Shown in pieces: positions 1-8,273 of a stretch of DNA of 32,000 bases. Each line of letters begins with the position of its first letter. The stretch's first letter is position 1. Source of the stretch: Trichlorobacter lovleyi SZ (lineage in GTDB: Bacteria > Desulfobacterota > Desulfuromonadia > Geobacterales > Pseudopelobacteraceae); the NCBI RefSeq assembly GCF_000020385.1, contig NC_010814.1, forward strand, positions 2,430,001 to 2,462,000. Direction: 5' to 3'. The position numbers and the translations under genes are program-made. Under the pieces are notes generated by a model. It ran no database searches. It saw only the letters and a program-made list of their open reading frames with translations, and was not told the origin of the DNA.

Positions 1-1
1 C

Positions 2-715
2 ATCCAGCACCGCCCGGTGACCCCGGATAGCGGCACCCTGACCTGCTGTGCCACCATGACCAAGGTGGCCACCAGCGGCGGTATGATCATCCAGGAGTTT
101 GACTTCAGTGTGGCTGACAGCCTGGGCATGATCTACGAAGGTCAGACCATGTTCGGGTTTTTCTCCAAAGAAGCACTGGCGCAACAGGTCGGTATCCGCG
201 ATGCCCAGCCCTATCAGCCGTCGGAGGCGGAGACCGGCCGTGGCCGCAGCCTTGACTATCCAACCAACGCCCCGTTCCCGGACAAGCAGTTGCGGATGAT
301 CGACCGGATCGAGCTGTACATTGCCGATGGTGGTCCAAACGGACTGGGTTACCTGCAGGGGATCAAACAGGTTGATCCTGATGAATGGTTCTTTAAGGCA
401 CACTTCTATGAAGATCCGGTGACCCCCGGCTCCCTGGGGCTGGAGTCATTCCAGCAGTTGCTGAAATTTGCAGCTGTTGAACGCTGGGGCTGGCAGGAAG
501 GCACGATCATCTCCAGCGTGGCCCTGCAACAGAAGCACCGTTGGCTCTACCGTGGCCAGGTGGTGCCTTCAAACAAACAGGTCCGGGTCACTGCCTGGAT
601 CACTGCAGTGGATGATCAGCAGCAGCTGATGACTGCCAGCGGCTTCCTGGCCGTGGATGACAAGCTGATTTATCAGATGATTGATTTTACCGTGAGAATG
701 GAATCCATACGATGA
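2..715 (+). CDS. 3' end of a polyketide-type PUFA/secondary-lipid synthase gene (PfaC-like); FabA-type beta-hydroxyacyl dehydratase (hotdog) domain. 5'-truncated by the window edge.
   Basis: The frame is open from nt 2, so the GTG at 17 in the ORF track is not a true start. The motif DEWFFKAHFYEDPVTPGSLGLESFQQL matches the FabA active-site region (E. coli [26 protein letters not shown], recalled from memory). The stop TGA (713-715) overlaps the ATG of the next gene (ATGA). Confidence 0.75.
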   Translation: MQHRPVTPDSGTLTCCATMTKVATSGGMIIQEFDFSVADSLGMIYEGQTMFGFFSKEALAQQVGIRDAQPYQPSEAETGRGRSLDYPTNAPFPDKQLRMIDRIELYIADGGPNGLGYLQGIKQVDPDEWFFKAHFYEDPVTPGSLGLESFQQLLKFAAVERWGWQEGTIISSVALQQKHRWLYRGQVVPSNKQVRVTAWITAVDDQQQLMTASGFLAVDDKLIYQMIDFTVRMESIR

Positions 716-1755
716 AGTATCAGAAGGTAGTAATTGAGGCGCTGGAATACGAACTGGCGCCGGTGGTGGTTTCCAGCAGTGATCTTGAAGCACGGCTGGA
801 GCCGCTCTACCGCGAACTGCGGATTGCACCGGGACAGTTGCAGGCCTTGACCGGTATCCGTGAACGGCGTTGGTGGGAACCGGGCTACCCGCTTTCCCAT
901 GGCGCCATCATGGCAGCCCGCAAGGCACTGCTCAGCTCCGGTATTGCTGCCAGCGAGATCGGCGCCCTGGTCTACACCGGTGTCTGCCGTGAACAGTTTG
1001 AGCCTGCCACCGCCTGCCGGGTGGCCGACGGCCTGGGGATCAGCGGTGATGTGGCGATCTTTGACCTTTCCAACGCCTGCCTGGGGGTCCTGAACGGCAT
1101 CCTGGACATGGCGAACAGAATAGAACTGGGCCAGATCAGGGCCGGTCTGGTGGTCTCCTGCGAATCAGCCCGCGAGATCAATGAGGTGATGATTGCCAGG
1201 ATGCTGGAAGAGCGCAACATGCAGCATTTTGCCCATTCTCTTGCCACCCTGACCGGTGGTTCCGGCGCTGTGGCAGTGCTGCTGACCGATGGATCATTCG
1301 GCAGCAACGCCCCCCACCGTTTACTGGGCGGCATCACCAAGGCAGCTCCGCAGCACCACAACCTCTGCCTGTGGGGAGTGGGGCCGGACGGCAAGGGTGG
1401 CTATCAGCAGTCCATGGCCACTGACGGGGTCAATGTCATGAACCATGGTGTAGAACTTGGTCGACGTACCTGGGAGGCATTTCTGCCCCATGTGGGCTGG
1501 AAGGCAGAACAGGTTGACCGGGTAATCTGCCACCAGGTCGGTTCAGCCCATCAGAGCATGATCCTGAAGACCCTGGGAGTGCCTGCTGACAAGGACTTCA
1601 CCACCTATGAATTCCTGGGCAACATGGGTACCGTATCCCTGCCTCTGACCGCAGCTCTGGCTGTTGAACGGGATATCCTGTTGCCGGGTGATAGAGTCGC
1701 GTTTTTGGGCATTGGTAGCGGATTGAACTGTATGATGCTGGGAATCGAATGGTGA
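712..1755 (+). CDS. oleA: OleA, thiolase/FabH-like head-to-head (non-decarboxylative Claisen) condensing enzyme
   Basis: 347 aa with FabH-like architecture and the active-site Cys context DLSNACLG. The N-terminus MKYQKVVIEALEYELAPVVVSSSDLE is typical of OleA. It is followed by oleB, oleC and oleD in canonical order. Confidence 0.85.
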   Translation: MKYQKVVIEALEYELAPVVVSSSDLEARLEPLYRELRIAPGQLQALTGIRERRWWEPGYPLSHGAIMAARKALLSSGIAASEIGALVYTGVCREQFEPATACRVADGLGISGDVAIFDLSNACLGVLNGILDMANRIELGQIRAGLVVSCESAREINEVMIARMLEERNMQHFAHSLATLTGGSGAVAVLLTDGSFGSNAPHRLLGGITKAAPQHHNLCLWGVGPDGKGGYQQSMATDGVNVMNHGVELGRRTWEAFLPHVGWKAEQVDRVICHQVGSAHQSMILKTLGVPADKDFTTYEFLGNMGTVSLPLTAALAVERDILLPGDRVAFLGIGSGLNCMMLGIEW

Positions 1756-1785
1756 CCAGCGCCCTCTTCAAGCGCTAACGGCGTT

Positions 1786-1845
1786 GGCTCGTCTGCGGCT
1801 CTCCCAACGTACAGCTTGGTACGCCTCAGTCGCCGCCTCCTCGCC
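1786..1845 (+). repeat. Imperfect palindromic intergenic repeat, diverged copy (core CAACGTACAGCTTGGTACGCCTC at 1805-1827)
   Basis: The core matches the sense-strand cores of the elements at 14431-14520 and 17709-17790 (CAACGTACTGGTGGTACGCCTC). The flanking arms GGCTCGTCTGCGGC / GCCGCCTCCTCGCC are partly self-complementary. It lies in the 147-nt oleA-oleB gap. Confidence 0.6.
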
Positions 1846-1902
1846 GCCTTGTTATCATCTTGAATATGACGCTGGTTTAGCACTGAAAGGTGACTCCCTT
1901 AA

Positions 1903-2799
1903 ATGGCATTGGATCTGGCAAAAGAATATCCCTTCAAAAGCAACTACCTTGACCTGAACGGCCTCAAGTACCACTATCTGGATGAAGGCCAGGGCCCGAC
2001 GGTGGTGATGCTGCACGGCAACCCCTCCTGGTCGTTCTATTACCGTAATCTGGTGAAAGAGATCTCCAATCGTTTCCGCTGCATTGTGCCGGACCATATC
2101 GGCTGCGGCCTGTCGGATAAGCCGGGGGATGATCGCTACGACTACACCCTGCCCCAACGGGTGGATGATCTGGAACAGCTGCTGGACAGCCTGCAGCTGA
2201 ACGAGAAGATCACCCTCGTGGTGCATGACTGGGGCGGCATGATCGGCATGGCCTGGGCGGTGCGCCACCCGGAACGGATTGAGCGGCTGGTGATCCTGAA
2301 TACCGGCGCCTTTCCATTGCCCAAAGCCAAGCCGTTCCCCCTGGGCCTGAGGATCTGCCGTGACACCTGGCTGGGCACCCTGCTGGTGCGTGGTTTTAAT
2401 GCCTTCAGCCGTGGCGCTGCCCGGGTGGGCTGTAAGGAAAATCCGATGTCTGCAGAGCTGAGGGCGCTGTACGAGCTGCCCTATGACTCCTGGCAGAACC
2501 GGATCGCCACCCTGCGCTTTGTACAGGATATCCCGCTGCTACCGGGTGACCGCAACTATGACCTGATCTGTGCTGTCTCGGACGGCATCAACCGGTTTGC
2601 TGGTCTGCCGATGCTGATCTGCTGGGGTGAGCTTGATTTTGTGTTTGATCACCACTTCCTGGCTGAATGGCAGACCCGTTTCCCCAAGGCAGAATTGCAC
2701 CGTTTCCCCAAGGCAGGCCATTACATCCTGGAAGACCGTAAGGATACGGTGATACCGTTAATCTGTGAATTTATGGACCGGACCGTGCTGTCTACCTGA
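1903..2799 (+). CDS. oleB: OleB, alpha/beta-hydrolase (haloalkane-dehalogenase-like) beta-lactone decarboxylase
   Basis: 298 aa. Motifs HGNPSWSFYYRN, the nucleophile elbow VHDWGG and the C-terminal GHYILED histidine fit this family. Position between oleA and oleC. Confidence 0.85.
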   Translation: MALDLAKEYPFKSNYLDLNGLKYHYLDEGQGPTVVMLHGNPSWSFYYRNLVKEISNRFRCIVPDHIGCGLSDKPGDDRYDYTLPQRVDDLEQLLDSLQLNEKITLVVHDWGGMIGMAWAVRHPERIERLVILNTGAFPLPKAKPFPLGLRICRDTWLGTLLVRGFNAFSRGAARVGCKENPMSAELRALYELPYDSWQNRIATLRFVQDIPLLPGDRNYDLICAVSDGINRFAGLPMLICWGELDFVFDHHFLAEWQTRFPKAELHRFPKAGHYILEDRKDTVIPLICEFMDRTVLST

Positions 2800-2804
2800 G
2801 CAAG

Positions 2805-4439
2805 ATGACCATGCCCACCTTTGCCAATATTGCAGCACACCTGCCCCGAATGGCGCAGTTGCAGCCGGATACCACGGCGATTATCTTCCCCAAAGGCAAT
2901 CAGAGCCTGACCTTTCAGGAGCTTGACCGGCTCTCTGACCGGATCTGTCACGGCCTGATCCGCTCCGGCATTACCCGTGGTACCCGTACCGTGCTGATGG
3001 TTACCCCTTCTCCGGAGTTTTTTGCCCTGACCTTTGCCCTGTTCAAGGTGGGGGCGATACCGGTGCTGATTGATCCAGGTCTGGGAATCAAAAATCTGAA
3101 GAGCTGTCTGGCTGAGGTACAACCAAGCGCCTTTATCGGCATCCCCAAGGCGCAGGTTGCCCGCCTGCTGTTCGGCTGGGCAAAGGACAGTCTTAAAACC
3201 ATCATCACTGTTGGACCGCGTCTGTTCTGGGGCGGTATAACCCTTGACAAACTCATACAACAAAGCCCTGACAAACCCTTTGAGATGGCCGTTACGGCGG
3301 CAGATGATCAGGCAGCAATTTTATTTACCAGCGGCAGCACCGGCCCCCCTAAAGGTGCAATTTACAGTCATGGCAACTTCAGTGCCCAGGTTGAGGCGTT
3401 GCAGCAGGTCTACAGGATCCAGCCGGGCGAGATTGATCTGCCCACCTTTCCCCTGTTTGCCCTGTTTGCGCCAGCCCTGGGGATGACCGCAGTGATTCCG
3501 GAGATGGACTTTACCCGGCCCGGTTCGGTTGATCCGCAGAAGATCATCTCTGCCATCACCAGTCACAAGGTCACCACCATGTTCGGCTCACCAGCCCTGA
3601 TCAACCGGGTTGGCCGCTCTGGTGCTGAGCAGGGCATCAAACTGCCGACCCTGCAGCGGGTGATCTCAGCAGGGGCACCGGTTCCGGCTGTGGTAATGGA
3701 GCGTTTTTCCCAGATGCTTGCAGAAGGCGTGGAGATCTTTACCCCCTATGGTGCCACCGAATCTTTGCCGGTCTGTTCCATTGGAAGCCGCGAGATACTT
3801 GGTGAGACACGCGTTATTACCGAGAACGGCGGCGGGGTCTGCATCGGCAGGCCGGTTGATAGTATCCGGGTCGAGCTGATCAGAATCAGCGATGAACCGA
3901 TTACCGTCTGGGATGATGATCTACGTGTTGCACCGGGCCAGGTTGGCGAGATTGTGGTGCAGGGCCCCCAGGTGACCCGTGGTTATTTCCAGCGGCCGGA
4001 GGCAGATCTGCTGTCCAAGATCAGCGATCCTCAAGGCGGATTCTTCCACCGCATGGGTGATCTGGGCAGACAGGATGAGACCGGTAGACTCTGGTTCTGC
4101 GGTCGCAAAACCCATCGGGTTGAATCTGTCCATGGCCCGTTATTCACCATCCCGGTGGAAGCGGTCTTTAACACCCATCCACTTGTCTATCGCAGCGCCC
4201 TGGTTGGTATCGGACCCAAGGGCAGCCAGCAACCGGTAATCTGCATAGAACTGGAACAAGGGATCACCACCAATCAGGAACAACTGCGGTCTGAGCTGTT
4301 GAACATTGCAGCCAGCCATCCCCATACCAGGGAAATCAGCACCATCCTGTTCCACCCAGCCTTTCCGGTGGATATCCGCCACAACGCCAAGATCTTCCGG
4401 GAGAAGCTGGCCGTATGGGCTGCGGAGGAACTGGCATGA
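2805..4439 (+). CDS. oleC: OleC, AMP-dependent synthetase family beta-lactone synthetase
   Basis: 544 aa with the AMP-binding motif TSGSTGPPKG. There is a 5-nt gap after oleB, and the stop overlaps the oleD ATG (ATGA at 4436-4439). Confidence 0.85.
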   Translation: MTMPTFANIAAHLPRMAQLQPDTTAIIFPKGNQSLTFQELDRLSDRICHGLIRSGITRGTRTVLMVTPSPEFFALTFALFKVGAIPVLIDPGLGIKNLKSCLAEVQPSAFIGIPKAQVARLLFGWAKDSLKTIITVGPRLFWGGITLDKLIQQSPDKPFEMAVTAADDQAAILFTSGSTGPPKGAIYSHGNFSAQVEALQQVYRIQPGEIDLPTFPLFALFAPALGMTAVIPEMDFTRPGSVDPQKIISAITSHKVTTMFGSPALINRVGRSGAEQGIKLPTLQRVISAGAPVPAVVMERFSQMLAEGVEIFTPYGATESLPVCSIGSREILGETRVITENGGGVCIGRPVDSIRVELIRISDEPITVWDDDLRVAPGQVGEIVVQGPQVTRGYFQRPEADLLSKISDPQGGFFHRMGDLGRQDETGRLWFCGRKTHRVESVHGPLFTIPVEAVFNTHPLVYRSALVGIGPKGSQQPVICIELEQGITTNQEQLRSELLNIAASHPHTREISTILFHPAFPVDIRHNAKIFREKLAVWAAEELA

Positions 4440-5449
4440 AAGCATTAGTTACTGGCGGCGGCGGATTTCTTGGCGGGGTAATCGTCAGAATGCTGCGTGA
4501 ACAGGGCGATCAGGTGGTCAGTATCTCACGCTCCAGCTACCCTGCACTGACGAGCCTTGGGGTTGAACAGGTGCAGGGTGATCTGGCTGATCAGGCCGCC
4601 GTTCTCAAGGCAGCACAGAGTTGTGACATCATCTTTCACGTGGCTGCCAAGGCCGGCATCTGGGGCAGCTACAACGACTTCTATCAGGCCAATGTAACCG
4701 GCACCGGGAACGTACTGGAGGCCTGCCGGGTACATGGCATCACACAACTGGTCTACACCAGCTCCCCCAGTGTGGTATTTGATGGCAATGATGTCGAGGG
4801 TGGCAACGAATCCCTGCCCTACCCTGAACACTTTGAAGCCTTTTATCCCCAGACCAAGGCGCTGGCCGAGCAGTTGGTGCTGGCGGCAAACAGTCCGCAG
4901 CTTGCCACCGTGTCACTCCGTCCCCACCTGATCTGGGGGCCTGGTGATAACCATCTGGTACCACGGATTATTGCCAAGGGGAAAAGCGGCAGGTTACGGC
5001 GGATCGGCAACCGCCCCTGTCTGGTGGACACGGTCTACGTGGATAATGCCGCCAGGGCGCACCTGCAGGCAGCAGAGCGGCTTGCTCCCGGCAGTGTGAT
5101 AGCAGGAAAAGCCTATTTCATCAGCAATGGAGAACCTGTTCAGTTGTGGGATATGGTAAACCGGATTCTGGCGGCAGGTGGTGTAGCGCCGGTTAAAGGT
5201 AGTATCTCACCAAAGGCGGCTTATGCTGTGGGAACAATGTGTGAAGGGATCTGGAAGCTGCTTAACCTGTCTGGTGAACCGCCCATGACCCGTTTTGTGG
5301 CCAAAGAACTGGCCACAGCCCACTGGTTTGATATCTCGGCAGCCCGCCGGGATTTGGGCTATCAACCGCAGGTAACGCTGGATGAGGGGTTGGTTCGACT
5401 ACAAAAATGGCTGGCAGAAACTAGACCTTCACCGTTTCCTTTTCTTTAG
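4436..5449 (+). CDS. oleD: OleD, NAD(P)H-dependent 2-alkyl-3-ketoalkanoate reductase (3-beta-HSD/extended SDR family)
   Basis: I chose the start at the internal ATG (MKALVTGGGGFLGG, Rossmann motif) that overlaps the oleC stop. The catalytic YPQTK (YxxxK) is present. The ORF-track start at 4415 would overlap oleC by 25 nt. Confidence 0.85.
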   Translation: MKALVTGGGGFLGGVIVRMLREQGDQVVSISRSSYPALTSLGVEQVQGDLADQAAVLKAAQSCDIIFHVAAKAGIWGSYNDFYQANVTGTGNVLEACRVHGITQLVYTSSPSVVFDGNDVEGGNESLPYPEHFEAFYPQTKALAEQLVLAANSPQLATVSLRPHLIWGPGDNHLVPRIIAKGKSGRLRRIGNRPCLVDTVYVDNAARAHLQAAERLAPGSVIAGKAYFISNGEPVQLWDMVNRILAAGGVAPVKGSISPKAAYAVGTMCEGIWKLLNLSGEPPMTRFVAKELATAHWFDISAARRDLGYQPQVTLDEGLVRLQKWLAETRPSPFPFL

Positions 5450-6230
5450 CCGCATCCTTTTTCCTGCGATTGAGCAGGATCAGTAAAATGCCGCCAGCCA
5501 GATAGATCGGCAGGCTGAGCAACTGCCCCATGGAGAAGAAGTTGAAGTAGAGCCCCAACTGGCTGTCAGGTTGGCGAAACAACTCCACCACGAACCTGAA
5601 CAGGCCATACCCGCACAGAAAGGCTGCCATGGCGGTACCGGGGGCCTGATACCTGCGTGCAATCAAGCGTACCAGAAAAAACAGGACGATACCCTCAAGG
5701 AAAGCCTCGTACAGCTGGGACGGGTGCCGGGGTAACGGCCCTCCATCAGGAAAGATCATCCCCCACGGCATGGTGGTGGTACGGCCGAACAGCTCACCAT
5801 TGATGAAGTTACCGATCCGCCCCAGACCGAGCCCCACAGGGGCCGCCAGGGCGGCAAGATCAGCCAGCTGCAGATAGGGCAACTGAAAACGGCGGGCGTA
5901 CCAGAGTGCGGCAACGGCTACACCGATCAGACCGCCATGAAATGACATCCCTCCCTGCCAGATGGCAAAGATCCGCAGCGGGTTTGCCAGATAGCTCCCG
6001 AGGTCGTAGAAAAGTACGTACCCCAGCCGGCCACCGGCCACCACTCCCAGTGCCAGACAGAAGATCAGGTCCGCAACGGCCTCATTGTCCAGTGCAAGCT
6101 TTCTGCGCCGCGCCTCGTTGCGGATCAGAAAATAGCTGGCCAGAAAACCGATGACATACATGAGCCCGTACCAGCGGAACTGCAATGGACCCAGGCGGAA
6201 GAAAACAGGATCAATTGCGGGAAAGTGCAT
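5421..6230 (-). CDS. lgt: Prolipoprotein diacylglyceryl transferase
   Basis: 269 aa polytopic membrane protein. The N-terminus MHFPAIDPVFFRLGPLQFRWYGLMY and the GRIGNFINGELFGR motif are typical of Lgt. Confidence 0.95.
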   Translation of the reverse strand: MHFPAIDPVFFRLGPLQFRWYGLMYVIGFLASYFLIRNEARRRKLALDNEAVADLIFCLALGVVAGGRLGYVLFYDLGSYLANPLRIFAIWQGGMSFHGGLIGVAVAALWYARRFQLPYLQLADLAALAAPVGLGLGRIGNFINGELFGRTTTMPWGMIFPDGGPLPRHPSQLYEAFLEGIVLFFLVRLIARRYQAPGTAMAAFLCGYGLFRFVVELFRQPDSQLGLYFNFFSMGQLLSLPIYLAGGILLILLNRRKKDAAKEKETVKV

Positions 6231-6328
6231 AACGGATTACTCCTCAGAAATCCTGATCGGGAAATAGGTACAAAAAAACCACCCACGTTTTTTAACTGCT
6301 GTGCTATATAAAACAGCTGGAGGGTATC

Positions 6329-6418
6329 ATGAAAGATATACTTTTGTTGCTGCTTATTCTGGCTGTCTGGTTTGTCGTAAACAAATATCTGCTGCCCCGG
6401 CTGGGAGTTCCTACCTGA
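6329..6418 (+). CDS. Candidate 29-aa single-TM small protein (MKDILLLLLILAVWFVVNKYLLPRLGVPT)
   Basis: ATG at 6329 is preceded by GGAGGG (6318-6323) at 5-nt spacing. The product has a strongly hydrophobic core. It ends at a TGA that is followed in frame by 20 more sense codons (see findings). I cannot judge homology from the sequence alone. Confidence 0.3.
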   Translation: MKDILLLLLILAVWFVVNKYLLPRLGVPT

Positions 6419-6521
6419 ATGTCAGACAGCTGTACTCCCCCGGTTCGGGAGGAGAAAAAAACAACGCCCCCCAATACATAGCAGCTCAGTAGCCAGGTTA
6501 GACGGACAAGGCCGGTTGCTC

Positions 6522-6956
6522 TCAGCGACCGGCCTTGTTGCGTCGTTCTGTCGGCTCCTCCAGAACCACCAGATAACCATCAGGGTCAAAGCACCACATC
6601 TCCTTGACACCATAGGGCTTCTCCTCCAGATGGTAGAGAATTTCCATATCTTCTTCCAGGATGGCATCCCGGATCCCTTCAATATCCCTGACTTCAAAGT
6701 GCAGTGTAACCCCGACCCCTTTGGGAAACATGCTGAAACGATGTTCAAGCACCGGGTGGGTCCTGATCACATCACTTTCTTCAACAAAGATCAGGGAGAT
6801 GCCGCCCATGTCAACGATCAGATGTTCAGGTGCCCCAGGAGCTGAGAATGAGCGCCGGATCGGCAGTTCCAGAATACCGGCATAAAATGCTTCGGTGACA
6901 ACCAGTTGCGTTACAGCCAGCTGAATTGAATGTTCAGAGCGGTGCGCCTTGACCAT
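6522..6956 (-). CDS. VOC (glyoxalase/bleomycin-resistance/dioxygenase) family protein
   Basis: 144 aa. The beta-alpha-beta-beta-beta pattern and the C-terminal KPYGVKEMWCFDPDGYLVVLEE are typical of VOC-fold proteins. Its start is 1 nt downstream of the ccdA stop. Confidence 0.75.
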   Translation of the reverse strand: MVKAHRSEHSIQLAVTQLVVTEAFYAGILELPIRRSFSAPGAPEHLIVDMGGISLIFVEESDVIRTHPVLEHRFSMFPKGVGVTLHFEVRDIEGIRDAILEEDMEILYHLEEKPYGVKEMWCFDPDGYLVVLEEPTERRNKAGR

Positions 6957-6957
6957 T

Positions 6958-7686
6958 TTAGTTTTTCATAAACAGCAGATTGACATACCCGGAAAGCACG
7001 GACAACCAGTTGGTAAATATCAGCACACCAACAATTATCAGGAAAAAGCCGGTAATGATCTCAAAGAGCCTGATATGTTTTTTAAACCGGTTAAATACGG
7101 TAATAAAGCGGTGCAGGGCAAGAGAGGACAGCAGAAACGGGATACCCAGACCGATGGAGTAGAGCAGTAGCAGCACAATCCCATGGGCAACCTTTTCTTC
7201 AGTTGCTGCTATCATCAGGATCGAGGCCAGGATCGGCCCGATACAGGGGGTCCAGCCGGCCGCAAAGGCCAGACCGACCAGGAAGCTGCCCAAAAATCCG
7301 GCCGGCTTATGCTTCAGCGAGACCCGTTTTTCCCCCAGCAGCCATTTCAGCGGTACCAGACCGGTGACATGAATACCGAAGACAATAATCAGGATGCCAC
7401 CAAGCTTGCGGACCAGTTCCATATGCTGCTGCAGGAACGAACCGATATAGGTTGCTGAGGCCCCAAGCAGGACAAACACGACCGTAAAACCGCTGACAAA
7501 GGCCAGCGAGTGCAGCATGGTCTTTCTGCGCACAACATGGGTGGGATGCTCGGCATCCAGATCACTGAATGAAAGACCGGTGATATACGTAATATACGAG
7601 GGAATAAGCGGCAGGACGCAGGGAGAAAGGAAGGAAAGCAGACCTGCGACAAACGCTCCGATATAGGTAATCTGTTGAGTTTCCAT
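6958..7686 (-). CDS. ccdA: Cytochrome c biogenesis thiol-reductant transporter CcdA/DsbD-beta family
   Basis: 242 aa polytopic membrane protein with FLSPCVLPLIPSY and a second Cys in GWTPCIGP, the two conserved CcdA cysteines. Confidence 0.9.
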   Translation of the reverse strand: METQQITYIGAFVAGLLSFLSPCVLPLIPSYITYITGLSFSDLDAEHPTHVVRRKTMLHSLAFVSGFTVVFVLLGASATYIGSFLQQHMELVRKLGGILIIVFGIHVTGLVPLKWLLGEKRVSLKHKPAGFLGSFLVGLAFAAGWTPCIGPILASILMIAATEEKVAHGIVLLLLYSIGLGIPFLLSSLALHRFITVFNRFKKHIRLFEIITGFFLIIVGVLIFTNWLSVLSGYVNLLFMKN

Positions 7687-7697
7687 AAGGTGTCCGG

Positions 7698-8213
7698 CTA
7701 CTTCATCAGACCTTCAAGAAAGGCAATCACTTCAGGGCTGTTCCAGTCCAGACCGCCAATCACTTTTTTGACAATCAGACCGTTTTTATCAATCACAAAG
7801 GTTTCTGGCACCCCGGTAATACCATAGGTCTTGGCAACCTGTCCGCTTGGATCAGTATAGGCTGGCAGCGAGTATCCGGAATTTTTCAAAAACTCCTGTA
7901 CCGCCTGTTTGCCCCCTTCGTCAACAGAAACGCAGACCATCTGAAACGGTTTGCCTGCCATAAACGTGTTCAGTTTGATCATGGAGGGGATCTCTTCCCG
8001 ACAGGGAGGACACCAGGTGGCCCAGAAGTTAAGCAGCACCACCTTCCCCTTCAGGGCAGCCAGGGTCAACTGCTGGTTATCAAGCGAGACCACACTGATC
8101 TCGGGGGCCTGGCTCTTTTCAGCAGGGGCCTTGGAAGGGGCGGCAGACTTGTCCTTACTGCAACCGGCGGTAAGGGCAACAGCACAGCAGAGCAGTACCA
8201 GCAACTTTTTCAT
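7698..8213 (-). CDS. TlpA/ResA-like periplasmic thiol:disulfide oxidoreductase lipoprotein
   Basis: The start at ATG 8213 is preceded by GGAGGA (8221-8226). It has a lipobox LTAGC and the thioredoxin motif WATWCPPC. Confidence 0.9.
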   Translation of the reverse strand: MKKLLVLLCCAVALTAGCSKDKSAAPSKAPAEKSQAPEISVVSLDNQQLTLAALKGKVVLLNFWATWCPPCREEIPSMIKLNTFMAGKPFQMVCVSVDEGGKQAVQEFLKNSGYSLPAYTDPSGQVAKTYGITGVPETFVIDKNGLIVKKVIGGLDWNSPEVIAFLEGLMK

Positions 8214-8273
8214 GTATATATCCTCCAGCATAAAAACGGGATTTACAGCGTGAAAGAACTGCGCCTGGGGTGG

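Noticed and set aside
6301-6492. The 63-aa ORF in the track (MLYKTAGGYHERY...) in the lgt-VOC intergenic region.
   Set aside because: It has no RBS and an unremarkable composition. It overlaps, in another frame, the better-supported short ORF at 6329 that does have a GGAGGG RBS.
6506-6538. An 11-bp stem, ACAAGGCCGGT...ACCGGCCTTGT, spans the stop codon of the VOC gene.
   Set aside because: There is no U-tract on either strand and half of the stem is coding. It may contribute to 3'-end stability, but I cannot support calling it a terminator.
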